From positions 1,738,005 to 1,802,004 of the forward strand of contig BCKQ01000001.1 in assembly GCA_001600695.1 (NCBI GenBank): a stretch of 64,000 nt of DNA, given 5' to 3'. The notes under the pieces are model-generated. The model saw only the letters and a program-made list of their open reading frames with translations. It was not told the origin of the DNA and ran no database searches. This DNA is from Ascoidea asiatica JCM 7603 (lineage: Eukaryota > Fungi > Ascomycota). The translations under genes were made by a program, and so were the position numbers. Positions 59,778-64,000 of the stretch are shown here, piece by piece. How positions within the stretch are numbered: position 1 is the first letter of the stretch; every line of letters begins with the position of its first letter.

Positions 59778-60306
59778 ATCAATTACTTTTTTTATCTTTC
59801 ATTCTTTTTTTTCCTTTTGCTCTTTTTTTTGCTTCTTCAAACAGTTAAATAATGATAATGATATATAATTGCTGTTCTTTTAATTAGTAATTTACTTTTT
59901 TACTTAAAAATTTCACTTCATTTTTTTTATTCTTATTTTAACATTAATTTTTATCGCCTTTACAAATTCTTTTTATATCCATCAAACTTCAAAAGGACAT
60001 GACTTTAAAAGGTCAACTTTTACTTCATTTCTACAATTTGTATCAGGGTCTTCACAACTGCAAACAAATGCCTTTAAAATCGCCAACCCCACCAAAATCA
60101 TCAAAACCACCAAAATTTTTGTCACCGGTCCAAATTCGGGAAGAAATAAAAAAATATATACACGTGATCAGATTGTGCAAAGGAGTTGCGAGCCCCGAGA
60201 CTCACCCGATTCTATTTTTCAAATGGAATTTTATTTATTCACCAGAGTTTAAATTTTGATACCGGTAAGATCAAAAGATAAAAGAAATGATAAAAAAAAA
60301 AAAAAA

Positions 60307-60315
60307 TGAGATGAG
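60307..60315. promoter_or_regulatory. PAC-like motif upstream of the PRS gene
   Basis: TGAGATGAG directly after a poly-A tract, about 155 bp upstream of the ATG. Confidence 0.45.
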
Positions 60316-60468
60316 TAACTTCATTGATTCGGAGATTTTATTTTAAATTTAAAGATCAATAGTCATCAAAGAGCCATTTGTAGTTGATAGATAAGAAATA
60401 TCATATAGGTCCCGAGTGTTTTCTGGAGATAAATCTTTATATATTGAAAGGAATAATTAATTTAAGAA

Positions 60469-61434
60469 ATGTCATTAAATTCAATAAAAATATTGGCAGG
60501 TAATTCACATCCTGATTTAGCTAAGAAAATAGCTGAAAGATTAGGTATTCAAGTAAGTAGAATTGGTATTCATAAATATTCAAATGAAGAAACAGCGGTT
60601 ACCATAGGAGAAACAGTTAGAGATGAAGATGTTTATATAGTTCAAACTGGATGTGGAGAAAATGAAATCAATGATTATTTAATGGAAATTTTAATAATGA
60701 TAAGAGCTTGTAAAACAGCTTCTGCAAGAAGAATTACAGCAGTTATTGCAAACTATCCTTATGCTAGACAAGATAGAAAAGATAAAAGTAGAGCATGTAT
60801 TTCTGCAAAATTAGTTGCAAATTTATTACAAACTGCAGGTGCAGATCATGTAATAACTATGGATTTACATGCTTCTCAAATTCAAGGTTTTTTCAGAATT
60901 CCTGTTGATAATTTATATGCAGAGCCTTGTGTTTTAAAATATATTAAAGAAAATTTAAATTGGAAAGATTCAATAATAATATCGCCTGATGCTGGTGGTG
61001 CAAAAAGAGCAGCAGCATTAGCCGATAGATTAGATTTAAATTTTGCTTTAATTCATAAAGAAAGACAAAAGGCAAATGAAGTTTCAAGAATGGTTTTAGT
61101 TGGAGATGTTACAGATAAAATTTGTATAATTGTTGATGATATGGCTGATACTTGTGGTACTTTAGCAAAGGCTGCAGAAACTTTATTACAAAATGGTGGA
61201 AAATCAGTTGTTGCAATTGTAACTCATGGTATATTATCTGGTAATGCAATTGAAAATATCAATAATAGTAAATTAGAAAAAGTGATATGTACAAACACTG
61301 TACCTTTTGAGGATAAAAAATTATTTTGTTCAAAACTAGATACAATTGATATTGCACCAACATTGGCAGAAGCTATTCGTCGTCTACATAATGGTGAAAG
61401 TGTTTCATATTTATTCACAAATGTTCCAATGTAA
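60469..61434 (+). CDS. PRS4: Ribose-phosphate pyrophosphokinase (Prs2/Prs4 type)
   Basis: [52 protein letters not shown]. The [11 protein letters not shown] segment fits Prs2/4 rather than Prs3. Confidence 0.9.
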   Translation: MSLNSIKILAGNSHPDLAKKIAERLGIQVSRIGIHKYSNEETAVTIGETVRDEDVYIVQTGCGENEINDYLMEILIMIRACKTASARRITAVIANYPYARQDRKDKSRACISAKLVANLLQTAGADHVITMDLHASQIQGFFRIPVDNLYAEPCVLKYIKENLNWKDSIIISPDAGGAKRAAALADRLDLNFALIHKERQKANEVSRMVLVGDVTDKICIIVDDMADTCGTLAKAAETLLQNGGKSVVAIVTHGILSGNAIENINNSKLEKVICTNTVPFEDKKLFCSKLDTIDIAPTLAEAIRRLHNGESVSYLFTNVPM

Positions 61435-61813
61435 TCTAGTTTTATTCATAACAACATTTAATAACTTTGAATGAAATTAAGCAGAACTTAAAGTCGAAGT
61501 TTAAGTGAAGATGAATGTCCAAATTAAAGTCAAAAAGAAACAAAAATTAAACTTTCAAATCAAAAATCATAAAGGAGATATAATAATTTTTTAAAACGAG
61601 TAGAAATTACAAATGAACAAATCAAGACAAGTTATTTATAGAATTTTTTCTAAATTTTTTTTTTTTTTTTTTATTAATTTCTATGTATTTATGTTAGGTA
61701 TATAATTTTTTTTATTTCATTTTTATTTTGATTCATTTGTTTATATTATTTTTTTTTTTAATCATTCAATATTTCAAAATTACTTAATAATAACAATGAA
61801 CTTTATTGAAATT

Positions 61814-62584
61814 CTATAGAAATATACGAGAACCAAGACCGAAGATTAAAGCAAAAAATAAAACAATATAAAATTTCAAATTTGAATTTGCATTTTGAAT
61901 TTGTTGATTTGCTTGAGCCTTTAAAGCTAAAACTCTTATTCTATCTTCAGGATCTATTATTTCATTATTTGAATTATTATTTATATTTAAAGGATTATTT
62001 GAAAAATTGTTATTATTATTTGAATTATTTAATTTTAATTTTTTTAATCTTTCAATTTCTTTTTCTTTTTCTAATTTTTCTTGTTCTAAAATATCATCTT
62101 TATTTTTTTGAATTAATTCAGGAAATTCTTTTAAAAAAATTGGATTTGAATTTAAATTCCAATTTTTACTATTTTTAGCAAATTGAATTTTAACTTCATC
62201 ACTTGTTTGAATTGAACCAACAGTTGATTCATCACCAGTCATAAAACTTAATAAACCTGTTAAAATTGTTGAAACACTCCAAGCAGGATTCCAAGTATCA
62301 GGATGAAAATCACTCATTGATAAACATAATCTTCGATTAGTATTAAATCTACCATTTGGTGTTATTATTTTTATTGTTAATGGTTTAAAAGGATAATCAG
62401 GTTTAAAAAATAATTTACCATGATATTGACCATTTTCATATGGAGTATTTGGTGGACCAGTTATTAAATAATGCCATTCTAAAATATTTTCTTCATTTGG
62501 ATGAGCAATAATATATGGAGGAGGATCATTAACCATTAATTTATATTCACGAGTTAATCTCTTTTGAGCACCACGAGTAGCCAT
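61814..62584 (-). CDS. UBC6: ER membrane ubiquitin-conjugating enzyme Ubc6
   Basis: AQKRLTREY, NILEWHY, TPNGRF..N.RLCLSMSDFHPDTWNPAW, C-terminal tail anchor. Confidence 0.95.
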   Translation of the reverse strand: MATRGAQKRLTREYKLMVNDPPPYIIAHPNEENILEWHYLITGPPNTPYENGQYHGKLFFKPDYPFKPLTIKIITPNGRFNTNRRLCLSMSDFHPDTWNPAWSVSTILTGLLSFMTGDESTVGSIQTSDEVKIQFAKNSKNWNLNSNPIFLKEFPELIQKNKDDILEQEKLEKEKEIERLKKLKLNNSNNNNNFSNNPLNINNNSNNEIIDPEDRIRVLALKAQANQQIQNANSNLKFYIVLFFALIFGLGSRIFL

Positions 62585-63099
62585 TTTAAAAATTTAAATT
62601 ATGAAAAGTATTTTAAAGAAATATAAACAATAATAGAAATATTTTTTAATATAAATTAAGAGATGAGTTTATTTTAATAAAGCAAAATTTCAAAGAAAGA
62701 AAGATAAATTTAATAAATAATTTACAAAGCGCCTAATTATTACTATTTGAATTTTTTTCAAATTCTTTACTGATTTTTTCTTAGATAAAAGATAGGTAGT
62801 TAAGGAAAGATACTATAAGAATAAATAAGAAAATACTACAGTAGTAAATAAGCCTGTGTTAAAAAATATGCAGATAAGAATAATCTTAGTGATAGAATAA
62901 TGATATTACACTGACTATTATTGAAAATGTTGAATAAATTGTTGGATTAAATTCTTTGAAAAAGATGATCAAGAGGTAAATATAAAATAAATAAATTCTA
63001 AAAAGAAGGAAACATATCTATTATATTATATTATATTATTATATTCTTTTTTCTCACTTAGTACCAAAGTGATAATATTAAATATTCAATACTTCCTCA

Positions 63100-63335
63100 A
63101 ATACTCTACCGTAGCCTTAGAAAGCATTCATTCAACATAAGTCAGTAAGTGCAGTGCTAATTTAACTTGGGGAAAAGAGAACCACACGACTGGCTTCCTC
63201 TGCGGAATCGAGTCGTGCGGATGGTCACCTGATTTTCACTTTTTGTTTTTAGCCAGCAATTCTCCAGCATCCACAGCAATGGTAGCAGTACGTTTCATCT
63301 TGTTCCAAGTCAACATTCGGATAAGTCGTATAGTG
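63100..63335 (-). ncRNA. Candidate structured ncRNA (possibly an H/ACA snoRNA); ends uncertain
   Basis: GC-enriched non-coding island with nested stems whose mismatches become G-U pairs only on the minus strand. Confidence 0.45.
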
Positions 63336-63417
63336 ATATAAATATAATTTTTATTTATGTAATTCATTATTGTTTAAAGTGATTCAATGACTTTGAAATT
63401 ATTAAATTTTCAAGAGT

Positions 63418-63515
63418 GCTTTGGTGGCTCAGTTGGCTAGAGCGTCAGCCTCATAACAATACAACTTGTGTTGTGGGTGTGCTGAAGGCCGGGAGTTCGA
63501 GCCTCCCCCAGAGCA
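63418..63515 (+). tRNA. Elongator tRNA-Met(CAT) with a 24-nt intron (63456-63479)
   Basis: GCTTTGG/CCAGAGC acceptor stem (G1:C72, so not initiator), TCAGC-CT-CAT-A[intron]T-GCTGA, GTTCGAGCC, T-run terminator. Confidence 0.92.
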
Positions 63516-64000
63516 TTTTTTTTATATTTTTTTATACTTAATCACTAATATTTTTAGTTAAAAAGAAAAAAAAAAAAAACATCCAGTAATTAAGTCATTT
63601 TCCAATTGACCCAGATAATAGTTATATATTTCAAAATAAAATAAAAAGTTTTTCAAATAAGGGTTTTCAATAATCAATTTAAAAGAGGTTTTTAAAATTT
63701 CAATTTCGCTAATTTAAATTAAAATTTCTAATCAATCACTATAAATGTAATTCAAAGTGAGTAAATAAAAGTATAAAATGCGTAAAAAATTTAAAAGTCT
63801 CTAAATTTTTTCATCATGTTACCTTCTATTTTGGTTAAATATTTCAAATTATTTTAATTTTATAATTTTCATTATGTAATAATAAAGGATAAACTAATTA
63901 AGGATAATTTGAAAAGTTAAGCCGAAATAATGTTCATTCTAAAATATACCTTAAATAAGTCAATTCAAAAAATTGCGAAGGTTTTCTTTTTAGTTTTTGA

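Noticed and set aside
1022-62178. Many 60-160-aa ORFs antisense to or overlapping real genes, and Phe/Leu-rich ORFs in 3' regions (e.g. 9694-10008, 12731-12943, 25616-26050, 28666-28911, 31810-32286, 48879-49202, 50919-51299)
   Set aside because: Shadow frames of AAT/GAT-rich coding DNA or T-rich UTRs, many with non-ATG starts.

Overview
Very AT-rich (roughly 75-80% by eye), essentially intron-free eukaryotic DNA from a budding yeast (Saccharomycotina). Proteins are full of poly-Asn tracts; an Ascoidea-like lineage is my guess only. Most of the window is housekeeping genes: choline/ethanolamine kinase (5'-truncated), YNG2, COX10, RPN8-GPN2, CFD1, a stand-alone Rib2-type deaminase, ETR1, BUD14, KAP104, TRM12, GEP3, NKP2-like, CCZ1, an ATO/ADY2 transporter, a small HSP, BRR1/Gemin2, UBP9/13, PRS2/4 and UBC6. 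There are also three tRNA genes, two with introns. Main oddities: (1) a 527-codon relic at 52881-51301 (-) with 10 internal stops, all explainable as C-to-T changes, and no frameshift, suggesting RIP-like or deamination-type hypermutation; (2) two adjacent, catalytically degenerate yapsin-like genes, each broken by a single 1-nt frameshift, one with tandem pepsin folds; (3) an Ariadne-type RBR ligase with its catalytic Cys changed to Ser and a multi-TM tail; (4) a candidate structured ncRNA at about 63100-63335 (-); (5) an orphan 110-aa two-repeat protein. All family assignments are from remembered motifs, not database searches.
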